From positions 1,419-65,418 of the forward strand of contig CAZIIU010000015.1 of the NCBI GenBank assembly GCA_964539395.1: 64,000 nt of DNA. Direction: 5' to 3'. Positions within the stretch are counted from its first letter, which is position 1. Every line of letters starts with the position of its first letter. The notes under the pieces were generated by a model, which saw only the letters and a program-made list of their open reading frames with translations, was not told the DNA's origin and ran no database searches. This document shows positions 46,259 through 57,006 of the stretch, piece after piece. Source of the stretch: an uncultured Bacteroidaceae bacterium. GTDB taxonomy: Bacteria > Bacteroidota > Bacteroidia > Bacteroidales > GCA-2748055. A program made the translations under genes and the position numbers.

Positions 46259-48037
46259 CTATTCCCTCTCCTTCGATGCCTTAATTGCCTTCTCCTTTGT
46301 TTCGAGGAACAATTCATCCAACTGCTCCTGGGAAATCGAGGAAGGCGTGTCGATCATCACATCACGACCGGCATTGTTCTTCGGGAATGCGATGGTATCC
46401 CTGATTGAGTCGAGTCCGGCAAACAGAGCTACCCACCTGTCGAATCCAAAAGCGATCCCGCCGTGCGGCGGTGCACCGTACCTGAATGCGCCCATAAGGA
46501 ACCCAAACTGCTTCGCAGCCTCCTCCCTGGTAAAACCGAGGTTGTCGAACATCTGCTGCTGCATTTCCTCGTTGTGTATCCTGATCGATCCGCCGCCAAT
46601 CTCAACACCGTTGATCACAAGGTCGTAAGCGATAGCCCGCACCTTACCCGGGTCGCTTTTGAACAGCTCAAGGTCCTCTTTATACGGACTGGTAAACGGG
46701 TGGTGCATGGCATGAAACCGCCTGGTCTCCTCATCCCACTCCAGTAACGGAAAATCGACCACCCAAAGTGGTTTGTACACATCCGGATCCATCAACTCCA
46801 ACCTCCTGCCCAACTCCAACCGCAGCTCGCTGAGCGCTTTTCGCGTGAGTTCCGTCTCCCCTGCCAGAATCAGCATCAGGTCGCCGGGCACCGCTCCCAT
46901 CGCATCGGCCCACTGCTGCAGGTCGCCGGGAGAGAAGAACTTATCGACCGACGACTTGAAGGTCCCCGCATCATTGTACTTCACATATACCAGTCCTTTC
47001 ATTCCCAACTGCGGACGTTTTACAAAATCGGTGAGTTCATCAAGCTGTTTCCTTGAATACTCCGCACACCCCTCAACGCAGATGCCGCTTACATACCCCG
47101 CGGAATCGAACACCTGGAAACCCTTCCCGGCGGTCAGCCCTTTTATATCGGTAATCTCCATGCCAAACCGTGTATCGGGCTTGTCATTTCCATACCGCTT
47201 CATCGCCTCGGCATAAGACAGCTTCGGATACTTCTCCGTGATCTCCACCCCTTTGATTGCTTTAAAAAGGTGGTTCGACAGCCCCTCAAAGGCGTCCAGC
47301 ACATCGTCGCGCTCCACGAACGACATTTCGCAGTCGATCTGTGTGAACTCCGGCTGCCGGTCGGCCCGCAGGTCCTCATCCCTGAAGCACTTAACGATCT
47401 GGAAGTAACGGTCGAACCCGGCCACCATCAGCAGCTGCTTGAAGGTCTGCGGCGACTGAGGCAGCGCGTAGAACTGACCGGCGTTCATACGCGAGGGCAC
47501 AACAAAATCGCGTGCTCCCTCGGGAGTTGACTTGATCAGCACCGGTGTCTCCACCTCGATGAATTTTTCCCCGCTGAGGTAGTTCCGGATCTCGATCGAC
47601 ATACGGTGGCGAAGCTCCAGGTTTTTTCGTACCGTTTCCCGTCGCAGGTCGAGGTAGCGGAATTTCATTCGCATCTCATCCCCCCCATCGGTCGCTGTTT
47701 CAATGGTAAACGGCGGCACCTCGGAGCTGTTCAATATACTGAAGGTGTTCACCAGGATCTCGATCTCCCCGGTCGGCATCTTTGGGTTCTTGTTGCTCCG
47801 CTCGGCCACGGTCCCTTCAGCCCTTACCACATACTCCCGGCCCAGCTTCCTGGCGCCACGGCAGAGCTCCGCGTCAGTCTCCATGTTAAACACCAGCTGT
47901 GTGATCCCGTACCTGTCGCGCAGATCAACAAATGTCATACCTCCCAGGTCGCGCGACCGCTGCACCCAGCCGCTCAAAACCACCTTTTCATCCACATGTT
48001 GAATATTCAGGTCGCCACAAGTGTGTGTTCTGTACAT
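46259..48037 (-). CDS. aspS: Aspartate--tRNA ligase
   Basis: OB-fold N-terminus ([10 protein letters not shown]), class II motif 2 ([18 protein letters not shown]), motif 3 (GGIAFGFDR). 592 aa. Confidence 0.97.
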   Translation of the reverse strand: MYRTHTCGDLNIQHVDEKVVLSGWVQRSRDLGGMTFVDLRDRYGITQLVFNMETDAELCRGARKLGREYVVRAEGTVAERSNKNPKMPTGEIEILVNTFSILNSSEVPPFTIETATDGGDEMRMKFRYLDLRRETVRKNLELRHRMSIEIRNYLSGEKFIEVETPVLIKSTPEGARDFVVPSRMNAGQFYALPQSPQTFKQLLMVAGFDRYFQIVKCFRDEDLRADRQPEFTQIDCEMSFVERDDVLDAFEGLSNHLFKAIKGVEITEKYPKLSYAEAMKRYGNDKPDTRFGMEITDIKGLTAGKGFQVFDSAGYVSGICVEGCAEYSRKQLDELTDFVKRPQLGMKGLVYVKYNDAGTFKSSVDKFFSPGDLQQWADAMGAVPGDLMLILAGETELTRKALSELRLELGRRLELMDPDVYKPLWVVDFPLLEWDEETRRFHAMHHPFTSPYKEDLELFKSDPGKVRAIAYDLVINGVEIGGGSIRIHNEEMQQQMFDNLGFTREEAAKQFGFLMGAFRYGAPPHGGIAFGFDRWVALFAGLDSIRDTIAFPKNNAGRDVMIDTPSSISQEQLDELFLETKEKAIKASKERE

Positions 48038-48106
48038 CGCTTATCGGTTTTTTCAGTAAATTGGCCCAAAATACTCTGCGAAAATATAAAGAATTATTGA
48101 GGTACA

Positions 48107-48556
48107 ATGGCATATACGCTCTTCTCTGACGAATATTTTATGAACGAGGCACTTAAGGAGGCACAGAAAGCTTTTGAGGCCGATGAGGTACCGGTAGGTG
48201 CCGTGGTCGTATCGGGTGAGCGCCTGATCGCCAGGGGGTACAACATGACAGAGCAGTTGGGCGATGTAACCGCCCATGCGGAGATGATCGCCCTCACCAG
48301 TGCGGCCAATTTCCTGGGAGCAAAGTACCTTACCGACTGCACGTTGTACGTAACACTCGAGCCATGCCTGATGTGCGCTTCGGCCCTCAAGTGGGCACAG
48401 CTCGGCCGGTTGGTTTTCGGAGCATCGGACGACAAAGCGGGCTATCACATCGTGGAGCAGCCTGTACTTCATCCGAAAACAGGTATCCGGTTCGGTGTAC
48501 TGGAAGAGGAGTGCGGCCGGCTGTTGAAGGATTTTTTCCGTGGAAAACGGAAATAA
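48107..48556 (+). CDS. tadA: tRNA adenosine(34) deaminase
   Basis: HAEMIAL and PCLMCASAL zinc-binding CDA motifs; 149 aa. Confidence 0.93.
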   Translation: MAYTLFSDEYFMNEALKEAQKAFEADEVPVGAVVVSGERLIARGYNMTEQLGDVTAHAEMIALTSAANFLGAKYLTDCTLYVTLEPCLMCASALKWAQLGRLVFGASDDKAGYHIVEQPVLHPKTGIRFGVLEEECGRLLKDFFRGKRK

Positions 48557-48635
48557 TTGCGGTCTTAAGTCCGGGCACTCAAAGGTAACCCGTCTGCTAC
48601 GGCCTGACAAAAATATCAATTCATTTTGCAATTTA

Positions 48636-48680
48636 ACGAAACGCAGAATTACGAAACGTGAATATACGAAATCAACTTCC
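48636..48680. repeat. Three phased ACGAAAYG/ACGAAATC 8-mers at 15-bp spacing
   Basis: acgaaacg at 48636, acgaaacg at 48651, acgaaatc at 48666. They lie in the convergent tadA/aroA intergenic region. Confidence 0.8.
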
Positions 48681-48721
48681 TGTAAGCGGAAATTCGTTCC
48701 GGCATGTACATCGGTAACACT

Positions 48722-50170
48722 CTATGAAGAAATAGTAAACCCGGCACGTTCCAGGTCCTTCCAGAAACCGGGGTATGATTTGGTCACCACTTCCGGGTCT
48801 TCAATAATAATCTCTCCCCGCACCAGGGCCGCCGTGGCAAAGGCCATCGCCATTCGATGATCGTGATAGGTAGCAATCACCGGTTCAGAATCGGGAGTAC
48901 ACACCTTCCTGTTCCACGAAAGCCAGGAACCAGTCTCATCCGCTTCAAGAATATACCCCAGCTTCCGCATCTCCGTCTGCATCGCCACGATTCTGTCGGT
49001 CTCCTTGATCTTCAGTGTCTGCGTACCCGAAAATCTGAAAGGTATCCCCTTCAGGCAGAGCGACACAACCATCGGCTGCACGATATCCGGACATTCAGTG
49101 AAGTCATATTCAAAAATCTCTTTCAATTGCAACCCGTTCAACTGACCGGCATCAGCTGGTAACTTAGCCTGTTGCCCGGACCCGGGGTTATCTGCCCGCT
49201 GCTGTGCCGGACTTTCAGCCGGTTTTTCCTGCTCCTTATCCAAAACAACCCGCTCCCCGTCGAACACCGCCTGCATCCCCAACCTCCCGAATATCCCCAC
49301 AAGGGCACTGTCGCCCTGCAAGCTCTCCTTCTTCAGACCGGTAAGTTCCACCCTGCCTCCGCGCTCCAGAAAGGCCATCGCATACCAATACGACACCGCG
49401 CTCCAATCGGCCTCCACCTGATACCTCCCATGCCTGTATTCCCCACGGGGGATCGCAATGTGGTTGCCACTCCAGAGACTTTCAACGCCACATTCCCGCA
49501 TCAACGCCAGGGTCATCCGGATATACGAGGCGGAAACGATCTCTCCCTGCAGCTCCAGGCGGAGCCCGTGCTTCATCGTGGGTGCAATCATAAGGAGCGC
49601 ACTGATGAACTGACTGCTGATAGCGCCATCAATTGCGATCTCTCCCCCATTTAGTTGGCTGCCGGAGATTTTTAGCGGGGGAAAGCCATCCTTTTCCATG
49701 TAGGAGATCCCGGCACCGAGGGCTCTGAGCGCGTCGACGAGCGGACCGATCGGACGCTCCTTCATGCGCTTGGAGCCGGTAAGGATCACCTCACCCTCCC
49801 TCGTGCTAAAGTATGCTGTGAGGAAACGCATGGAGGTGCCGGCATGACTAATATCATGAACGGTTATGCCGGAGCCGGTTGCCCGAGATGTACGATTCGA
49901 ACCGGAAGAAACATCTTCAACAGCACCTGCTGTTCCCATCTTAACGCCGGAAATAGTGGCATTTATCTCTGCGAGACCACTATGATGGCCCGAACCTGAA
50001 AGTGCCTTTACCATCACATCCGTGTCGTCCGAATCGGAGAGCCCCCCGGGAAGCCCTTCATTCCCCGACAATGCATGGATGATCAACAACCGGTTGGATA
50101 TGCTCTTGGAAGCAGGCAACCTTAACGATGCATTTAAAACTGAAACTGGCCTGGAAATTTTATATATCAT
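48722..50170 (-). CDS. aroA: 3-phosphoshikimate 1-carboxyvinyltransferase (EPSP synthase) with low-complexity inserts
   Basis: The ORF is trimmed to the ATG at 50170 (MIYKISRP..). Motifs LPASKSISNR, GTSMRFL, RMKERPIGPLVDAL, IKETDRI and DHRMAMAF are present. Confidence 0.9.
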   Translation of the reverse strand: MIYKISRPVSVLNASLRLPASKSISNRLLIIHALSGNEGLPGGLSDSDDTDVMVKALSGSGHHSGLAEINATISGVKMGTAGAVEDVSSGSNRTSRATGSGITVHDISHAGTSMRFLTAYFSTREGEVILTGSKRMKERPIGPLVDALRALGAGISYMEKDGFPPLKISGSQLNGGEIAIDGAISSQFISALLMIAPTMKHGLRLELQGEIVSASYIRMTLALMRECGVESLWSGNHIAIPRGEYRHGRYQVEADWSAVSYWYAMAFLERGGRVELTGLKKESLQGDSALVGIFGRLGMQAVFDGERVVLDKEQEKPAESPAQQRADNPGSGQQAKLPADAGQLNGLQLKEIFEYDFTECPDIVQPMVVSLCLKGIPFRFSGTQTLKIKETDRIVAMQTEMRKLGYILEADETGSWLSWNRKVCTPDSEPVIATYHDHRMAMAFATAALVRGEIIIEDPEVVTKSYPGFWKDLERAGFTISS

Positions 50171-50320
50171 TCGTTTGAATCTATGAATTAAATGTGGCGG
50201 CAGTCGCACCGGCGTTCCCCCGGTAAAATTAATAAAAAGTGGGAAGGAAATGTTTTAAAACCTGTTTAGCTTCTGCTTTTATCATGTTAAATTGCGTGCG
50301 ATTTTACACCTGTGGCAATT

Positions 50321-51493
50321 ATGCTCGATTTTCAAAACACAGAAACAGCTTTTTCAATTAAGTCCGACAGGGATATCCGGCGGGCCTTTTTTATGTACAA
50401 AATGATCTCCTACCCGTGGATCGTGAAGATTGCAAACCCGATGATCAAGGTGGCTTCAGCCATACGGTTTCCGATCAACTGGATCGTGAAACCAACAGTA
50501 TATGCCCAGTTTTGCGGTGGGGAGACAATTGAAGATTGTGCGCCGGTGATTGACAAGATCAAGAAAGGCGGGGTCTGTTCGATCCTCGATTACTCTGTGG
50601 AGGGATCGGAAGATGACGCGGTTATCGAACAGGCACTGGAGGAGACGCTGCGGGTGATCGACTATGCAGCTACAAATGACAGTATTCCGTTTACGGTTTT
50701 CAAACCGACTGCCTTTGCAAAGAGTGACGCACTTGAAGTGCTTAGCAATTCGGAAGAACCCGATGAAGAGAGCCTGCGGGAGGGTGAGAAGTTCAGGGAG
50801 AGAGTGGGCCGACTGTGTAAGAGGGCCTACGGATACCGAATCCCCATTATGATCGATGCAGAGGATTCGTGGTACCAGGAGATCATCGATCGGGTGGTGA
50901 TGGAGAACATGGCAAAGTACAACATGGAGCAACCGATCGTTTTCAATACCTACCAGATGTACCGGCATGACCGGCTTGAGCGATTGAAAAAAGATCATGC
51001 AGAAGCAAGGAAAGGTAAGTTCTTCCTTGGAGCCAAATTTGTGCGCGGTGCCTATATGGAAAAAGAGCGGGAACGGGCAGCAGAGATGGGTTATGAAGAC
51101 CCGATCCAGCCCGATAAGCCGGCAACGGACCGTGATTATAACCTCGCGCTGAAATATACGCTGGAACATTTGGATGATTTCGCAGTCTTTAACGGCACGC
51201 ACAACGAGGAGAGCAGCCGGTATATGGCGGAGCTGATGGATGAACTGAAGATTGAAAGGAATGATAAACGCTGCTGGTTCTCCCAGCTTTACGGGATGAG
51301 CGATCATATCAGCTTTAACCTGGCGGCGGAAGGATACAACGTAGCGAAATATGTGCCATACGGACCGGTGAAATTCGTGCTGCCTTACCTCATGCGAAGG
51401 GCGGAGGAAAACACGTCAGTGAAAGGACAGACCAGTCGCGAGCTGATGCTTCTGAAAAAAGAAAAAAAGCGGCGAAGGGAAAAAAAGTCCTGA
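50321..51493 (+). CDS. Proline dehydrogenase-family flavoenzyme
   Basis: PRODH barrel motifs: IMIDAEDSW, FNTYQMYRHD, AKFVRGAYME.ER, NGTHNE, QLYGMSD, PYGP...LPYL.RRA.EN. Start taken at the ATG at 50321. Confidence 0.85.
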   Translation: MLDFQNTETAFSIKSDRDIRRAFFMYKMISYPWIVKIANPMIKVASAIRFPINWIVKPTVYAQFCGGETIEDCAPVIDKIKKGGVCSILDYSVEGSEDDAVIEQALEETLRVIDYAATNDSIPFTVFKPTAFAKSDALEVLSNSEEPDEESLREGEKFRERVGRLCKRAYGYRIPIMIDAEDSWYQEIIDRVVMENMAKYNMEQPIVFNTYQMYRHDRLERLKKDHAEARKGKFFLGAKFVRGAYMEKERERAAEMGYEDPIQPDKPATDRDYNLALKYTLEHLDDFAVFNGTHNEESSRYMAELMDELKIERNDKRCWFSQLYGMSDHISFNLAAEGYNVAKYVPYGPVKFVLPYLMRRAEENTSVKGQTSRELMLLKKEKKRRREKKS

Positions 51494-51580
51494 ATACCTT
51501 CTCAGGCTGCTGTGCTATCCTTCAAACGCTGAATTCGGAGCCGGCATGTACGGAATATCCTGCCCGGGCTTATCCCGGGT

Positions 51581-51780
51581 GACCATTAATTATTCCAGGA
51601 GACCATTAATTATTCCAGGAGACCCTCCTGATTATCACGAGAGATACTTGAATAGCCTAAGAGCCCCTGATTATCCTAAGAGATACTTGAAAATTCTTAG
51701 AAACCCCTGAATAGCCTAAGAGATACTTGAAAATTCTTAGAGACCCCTGTTTATCCTAAGAGATCTTTGATTTAGTTGAA
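51581..51780. repeat. Array of ten 20-bp units (two identical units, then four alternating A/B pairs giving a 40-bp period)
   Basis: gaccattaattattccagga occurs twice (51581-51620). A-type units follow: gaccctcctgattatcacga, gagcccctgattatcctaag, aaacccctgaatagcctaag, agacccctgtttatcctaag. They alternate with B-type units: gagatacttgaatagcctaa, agatacttgaaaattcttag (twice, identical), agatctttgatttagttgaa. Confidence 0.9.
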
Positions 51781-51816
51781 ACACTGAGCCAATGGTAAAA
51801 AGCACCAATGAAATCA

Positions 51817-51892
51817 CAGCAGGAAATACCCGGTACCGACCGTGTTTCGCCAGCAGGAAATACCCGGTACCGACCGTGTTTCGCCAGCAGGG
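51817..51892. repeat. 34-bp perfect tandem repeat (2 copies plus a partial)
   Basis: cagcaggaaatacccggtaccgaccgtgtttcgc at 51817-51850 and 51851-51884, then cagcaggg. Confidence 0.95.
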
Positions 51893-51974
51893 TCGAATAC
51901 CGCGACGGGCAGGTCAGAGACTATGATCGTATGCCGGGAAAAATTCTTATCTTTGCTGCAATACTCCGGCATAC

Positions 51975-52454
51975 ATGAAAATTGACAATCAGAAAAATAT
52001 TTACAGAATATGGCTCCGGAAGATGGTGTACACCATCATTTTTACCGCTTCGATCGTTGGAGTGCTCTTCCTGAACATTTTCGATGATCAGGAAACAAAC
52101 TTTACCAAATACCATCTGATTATCATTATTGCTGCCATTTTTATCGTGATCAGTGTAATCGGTGTTTTGCGTAATCCATACTACTTCTACTTCAATGATT
52201 CCAGGGATGTGCTTGAGTTCAGGTACTATCCTGTTGGGATTTTCAATAGCCGGAAAAATTCGTTACAAATACCCAAACAGCATTTCATCAGATTTGAAAC
52301 CGTAAAATTCTTTTTCGGACTGGAGGAGAAGCTGATACTCTACCAGAGCTATCGCAACAAAGAGGCTAAATACCCACCAATCAGTCTCTCGGCAGTGGAC
52401 ACAACGGATATCGGAAAGCTGAAAAATGCACTGCAGCGCTACAGCGGACAATAA
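51975..52454 (+). CDS. Hypothetical two-TM membrane protein
   Basis: 159 aa. Two hydrophobic helices (VYTIIFTASIVGVLFLNIF, LIIIIAAIFIVISVIGVL), then a ~90-aa soluble domain. No recognised family. Confidence 0.45.
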   Translation: MKIDNQKNIYRIWLRKMVYTIIFTASIVGVLFLNIFDDQETNFTKYHLIIIIAAIFIVISVIGVLRNPYYFYFNDSRDVLEFRYYPVGIFNSRKNSLQIPKQHFIRFETVKFFFGLEEKLILYQSYRNKEAKYPPISLSAVDTTDIGKLKNALQRYSGQ

Positions 52455-52524
52455 TTAACGAAACTCCTTTTTTCATGCGATTTTTTCCTCTCCCGATACA
52501 TTAAAGAGGGGAACAAAATATGCT

Positions 52525-53646
52525 ATGAACCCGGAATCCTTACAATACCAACTGGCCCTTACAATGATCCCGAAAATCGGGGCCATAACCGCCAGGAAGC
52601 TGATTGAATATATCGGATCTCCCGAAGGGGTGTTTCTCGAGAAAACCTCCAGTCTGCGAACTATTCCTGGCGTAGGGGATTATCTGGCCTCACAGGTATC
52701 GGCAAAAAACTACCTGGCTGAAGCTCTAACAGAAATTCAACAGATGGAGAAAAGAGGTATCTCCTCTGTCTGGTACCAGGATGAATCCTATCCCCGCCGG
52801 CTGAAAAATTGTGCAGATGCCCCGCTGCTGCTCTTTTACAGGGGAAATTCAATGTTCAACCGCTCCAAAACCCTCAGTATTGTGGGAACGCGGAGTGCAA
52901 CACATTACGGAAGGGAAGTATGTGAAGCGATCATATCAAAACTGTCAGAAGGTTATCCCGACCTGGTGATAGTGAGCGGACTGGCATATGGGATAGATAT
53001 TATGGCGCATCGTTTTGCAATGAAATACGGACTCGACACCTGGGCTGTACTGGCACACGGACTTCATACGGTTTACCCCGCCTCCCATTCCGAAGTTGCC
53101 GGACGAATAATGAAAAAGGGCAGAATCCTGTCAGATTTTCCAACCACGATAAAGCCGGAGAGAAACAATTTTATCCGCCGCAACCGGATCATCGCCGGAA
53201 TATCAGAAGCAACGCTGGTTATTGAATCGGGACCAAAAGGAGGAGCTCTGATCACCGCAGAACTGGCAGCCTCCTACAACCGGGAGGTGTTTGCAGTTCC
53301 CGGAAGGGTTGGAGACACCTATTCATCGGGCTGTAACCTACTTATTCAGAACAACATTGCAGCGCTTATCGAAAGTGGAACCGATATTGAAAAACAGCTC
53401 GGGTGGGAACCGGAGGTAATACCATCAGAGCCCAAAAAAGCTATCGAAGAACCCCTATCAGAAGAAGAACGGCTAATCCTTCAGGCGATCATTGAAGAGC
53501 CGGGGATCGGACAGGAGATTCTTAGTATCCGCACCGGGATTCCCCTCCAGAAATTATCCGGTACCCTGCTCATAATGGAACTGCGTAAATGGATCACCCT
53601 ATTGCCGGGTAACCTGTACAGGGCATCTGTTCAGTTTACAGGATAG
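52525..53646 (+). CDS. dprA: DNA-processing protein DprA (Smf)
   Basis: SIVGTRSAT.YG, VSGLAYGIDIMAH, RNRIIAG and GALITA motifs, plus a C-terminal winged-helix-like extension. Confidence 0.9.
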   Translation: MNPESLQYQLALTMIPKIGAITARKLIEYIGSPEGVFLEKTSSLRTIPGVGDYLASQVSAKNYLAEALTEIQQMEKRGISSVWYQDESYPRRLKNCADAPLLLFYRGNSMFNRSKTLSIVGTRSATHYGREVCEAIISKLSEGYPDLVIVSGLAYGIDIMAHRFAMKYGLDTWAVLAHGLHTVYPASHSEVAGRIMKKGRILSDFPTTIKPERNNFIRRNRIIAGISEATLVIESGPKGGALITAELAASYNREVFAVPGRVGDTYSSGCNLLIQNNIAALIESGTDIEKQLGWEPEVIPSEPKKAIEEPLSEEERLILQAIIEEPGIGQEILSIRTGIPLQKLSGTLLIMELRKWITLLPGNLYRASVQFTG

Positions 53647-53665
53647 ATTCCTTCTATTATCTGTC

Positions 53666-53693
53666 ATCCCGGATTTCAGCTACGGTCCGGGAT
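53666..53693. terminator. Possible bidirectional hairpin between the convergent dprA and phosphohexomutase genes
   Basis: An 8-bp perfect stem (atcccgga at 53666-73, tccgggat at 53686-93) with a 12-nt loop. There is no clear U-tract on either strand, hence the low confidence. Confidence 0.35.
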
Positions 53694-53710
53694 CCAAGGC
53701 GTTTAGATAC

Positions 53711-55219
53711 TCAACCATCCAGCCCTGAAATATCCAGTTCCCTGAACAACTTTAACAGCTCCTTCAAGCGTGCAGCAATCCTGTTCACCCCTCCCACTAA
53801 ATCCGATTCGATGTTCAAGGGCATCACCGGATCATGCAATGAAAGACGCAACAGGAACCAGCCCTTTTCATCCTCATTGGCACATCTTACCCGTATGCCC
53901 TCGTAATTCGGATTAACTACCTTCCAGCCTTCCTGCGATATCGCCAGTTGTTCAAGTTTTGCAATCACCTGGTTACCGTACTCCACAAAATTCTCCGTTG
54001 CTATGGAAAACCTGAACTCCCTGCTCTCTGCCGGCGATTCAAGATGGGCGATCAGACCGGTAAGCTCACCTCCCTGTACACGGAGACGCGCCATCTCAAC
54101 CAGCAGCTTAGCCACCAGATAGGCGCCATCATCCAGGAAAAAATTCTCCTTAAGGGCAGCGTGACCTGAAGTTTCAATGGCCAGGTGGCACTCCTTACCT
54201 TCTTCGTTCAGGCGAATAGCCTCATTAATGACGTTCTTGTATCCCCGCTTAAACCTGTGATGAACCCCCTTCAAATCAGATTCAATGAATTTTGTTAAGC
54301 CGTCAGAGGTGATTGAATCGGTTACAACAATGCTTCCCGGGTGCTCCTTCAGCACTAAGGCAGAAGTAAGCGCGATCAGGTCGTTCCTGTTAACTGGATT
54401 TCCATTACGGTCAACCACCGCTGCCCGGTCAACATCCGTATCGAAGATGATTCCCAGATCGGCTTTATGCCTCACCACTGCGCCACAGATAGATTCCATC
54501 GCCTCCTCACTCTCCGGGTTCGGAACATGGTTCGGAAAACGTCCATCCGGTTGCAGGTATTGGCTTCCTTCAATGTTGGCCCCCAGGGGTTCCAACACCT
54601 TTGTAGCAAAAAAACCGCCTGCCCCGTTTCCGGCATCCACAATAATCCTGGCACCCTTCAACGGCCTGTTATACTCTTCCTGGTTCCTTACCTCTTCACG
54701 AATGTATGCCACCAAAGAGGCCGCATATTCAGAGATAATATCTGTTGTTTCGCTACTCCCTGTTTTCGATGATTCTGCAAAAGTACCTCTCCGGGCAATC
54801 TCAAGTATCTCAGAAATATCCCTCTTATCCAGACCTCCTTCAGCTGTAAAAAATTTTAAACCGTTCCTGTTGAACGGCAGGTGACTTGCTGTAAGCATCA
54901 CACCGGCTGAAGCCTTAATGCGATCGCTCTTCGTTATCATGAACATGGCGGGCGTAGATGCGAGACCGCAATCGAGCACATTACCTCCCATAAAGGTAAT
55001 TCCTTCTGAGAATGCCCTTTTCAGGGATGCACCGCTGATGCGGGAATCCATTCCTATGCCAACGGTAATATCAGAAAACCCCTTGCTCCTGAGCCAGGTC
55101 ATAAAGGACTTTCCCAAACGTACCAACAGGTCGGGAGTAAGATTCACATTTTCACCTTTAATGCCTTCAAGAGCCACACCCCTGATATCCGATCCGTTTT
55201 GAAGTTCTTTCCAGTTCAT
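53711..55219 (-). CDS. Alpha-D-phosphohexomutase (phosphomannomutase/phosphoglucomutase family)
   Basis: Active-site Ser loop LTASHLPFNRNG, metal loop FDTDVDRAAVVD, sugar loop AIETSGHAA; 502 aa. Confidence 0.88.
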   Translation of the reverse strand: MNWKELQNGSDIRGVALEGIKGENVNLTPDLLVRLGKSFMTWLRSKGFSDITVGIGMDSRISGASLKRAFSEGITFMGGNVLDCGLASTPAMFMITKSDRIKASAGVMLTASHLPFNRNGLKFFTAEGGLDKRDISEILEIARRGTFAESSKTGSSETTDIISEYAASLVAYIREEVRNQEEYNRPLKGARIIVDAGNGAGGFFATKVLEPLGANIEGSQYLQPDGRFPNHVPNPESEEAMESICGAVVRHKADLGIIFDTDVDRAAVVDRNGNPVNRNDLIALTSALVLKEHPGSIVVTDSITSDGLTKFIESDLKGVHHRFKRGYKNVINEAIRLNEEGKECHLAIETSGHAALKENFFLDDGAYLVAKLLVEMARLRVQGGELTGLIAHLESPAESREFRFSIATENFVEYGNQVIAKLEQLAISQEGWKVVNPNYEGIRVRCANEDEKGWFLLRLSLHDPVMPLNIESDLVGGVNRIAARLKELLKLFRELDISGLDG

Positions 55220-55531
55220 ATTATTAATGCACGATCAAACTCTTATGAAGAGTAATTTAGACAACATCAATTGGATTCTTTAAGGTGCACAAAACACAAA
55301 TTCACCCGTCTCAAATGCCGTTCAAATTTACATAATATGATCATATATCGCCATCAAAATTGAAATCGATATAAATTGAGCAGATTATGTTAAAAAACAT
55401 TCTCAAAAAGTTATATTTGCCGATGTATTTAAATTTTTGAAATTTTTTTTTGAAACCTATGTGTTACCATCATTACACTGCTTACTCAATAATAAACTGA
55501 TACTTAACTCTAACAATTAAACCCTAAGTAA

Positions 55532-56872
<1,341 letters not shown>

Positions 56873-56898
56873 CCCTGCTATTCCGTTTTACTTTTTAA

Positions 56899-56931
56899 CT
56901 GCCTGCGCAAATCGTCGCAGGCAGTTTTTTT
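56899..56931 (+). terminator. Rho-independent terminator of gdhA
   Basis: A 9-bp GC-rich stem (ctgcctgcg at 56899-907, cgcaggcag at 56916-924) with an 8-nt loop, followed by T7 at 56925-931. Confidence 0.85.
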
Positions 56932-57006
56932 ATGTACGGTTTACTTAAACCTACCTGTTTTACAGCCTGTTTTTTCGCCTGAAAGAATCGCTATTTTTGT
57001 AGCCAA

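Noticed and set aside
51581-51780. A possible CRISPR array.
   Set aside because: The units are directly adjacent 20-mers with no unique spacers. The unit length is too short, and there are no cas genes in the window.
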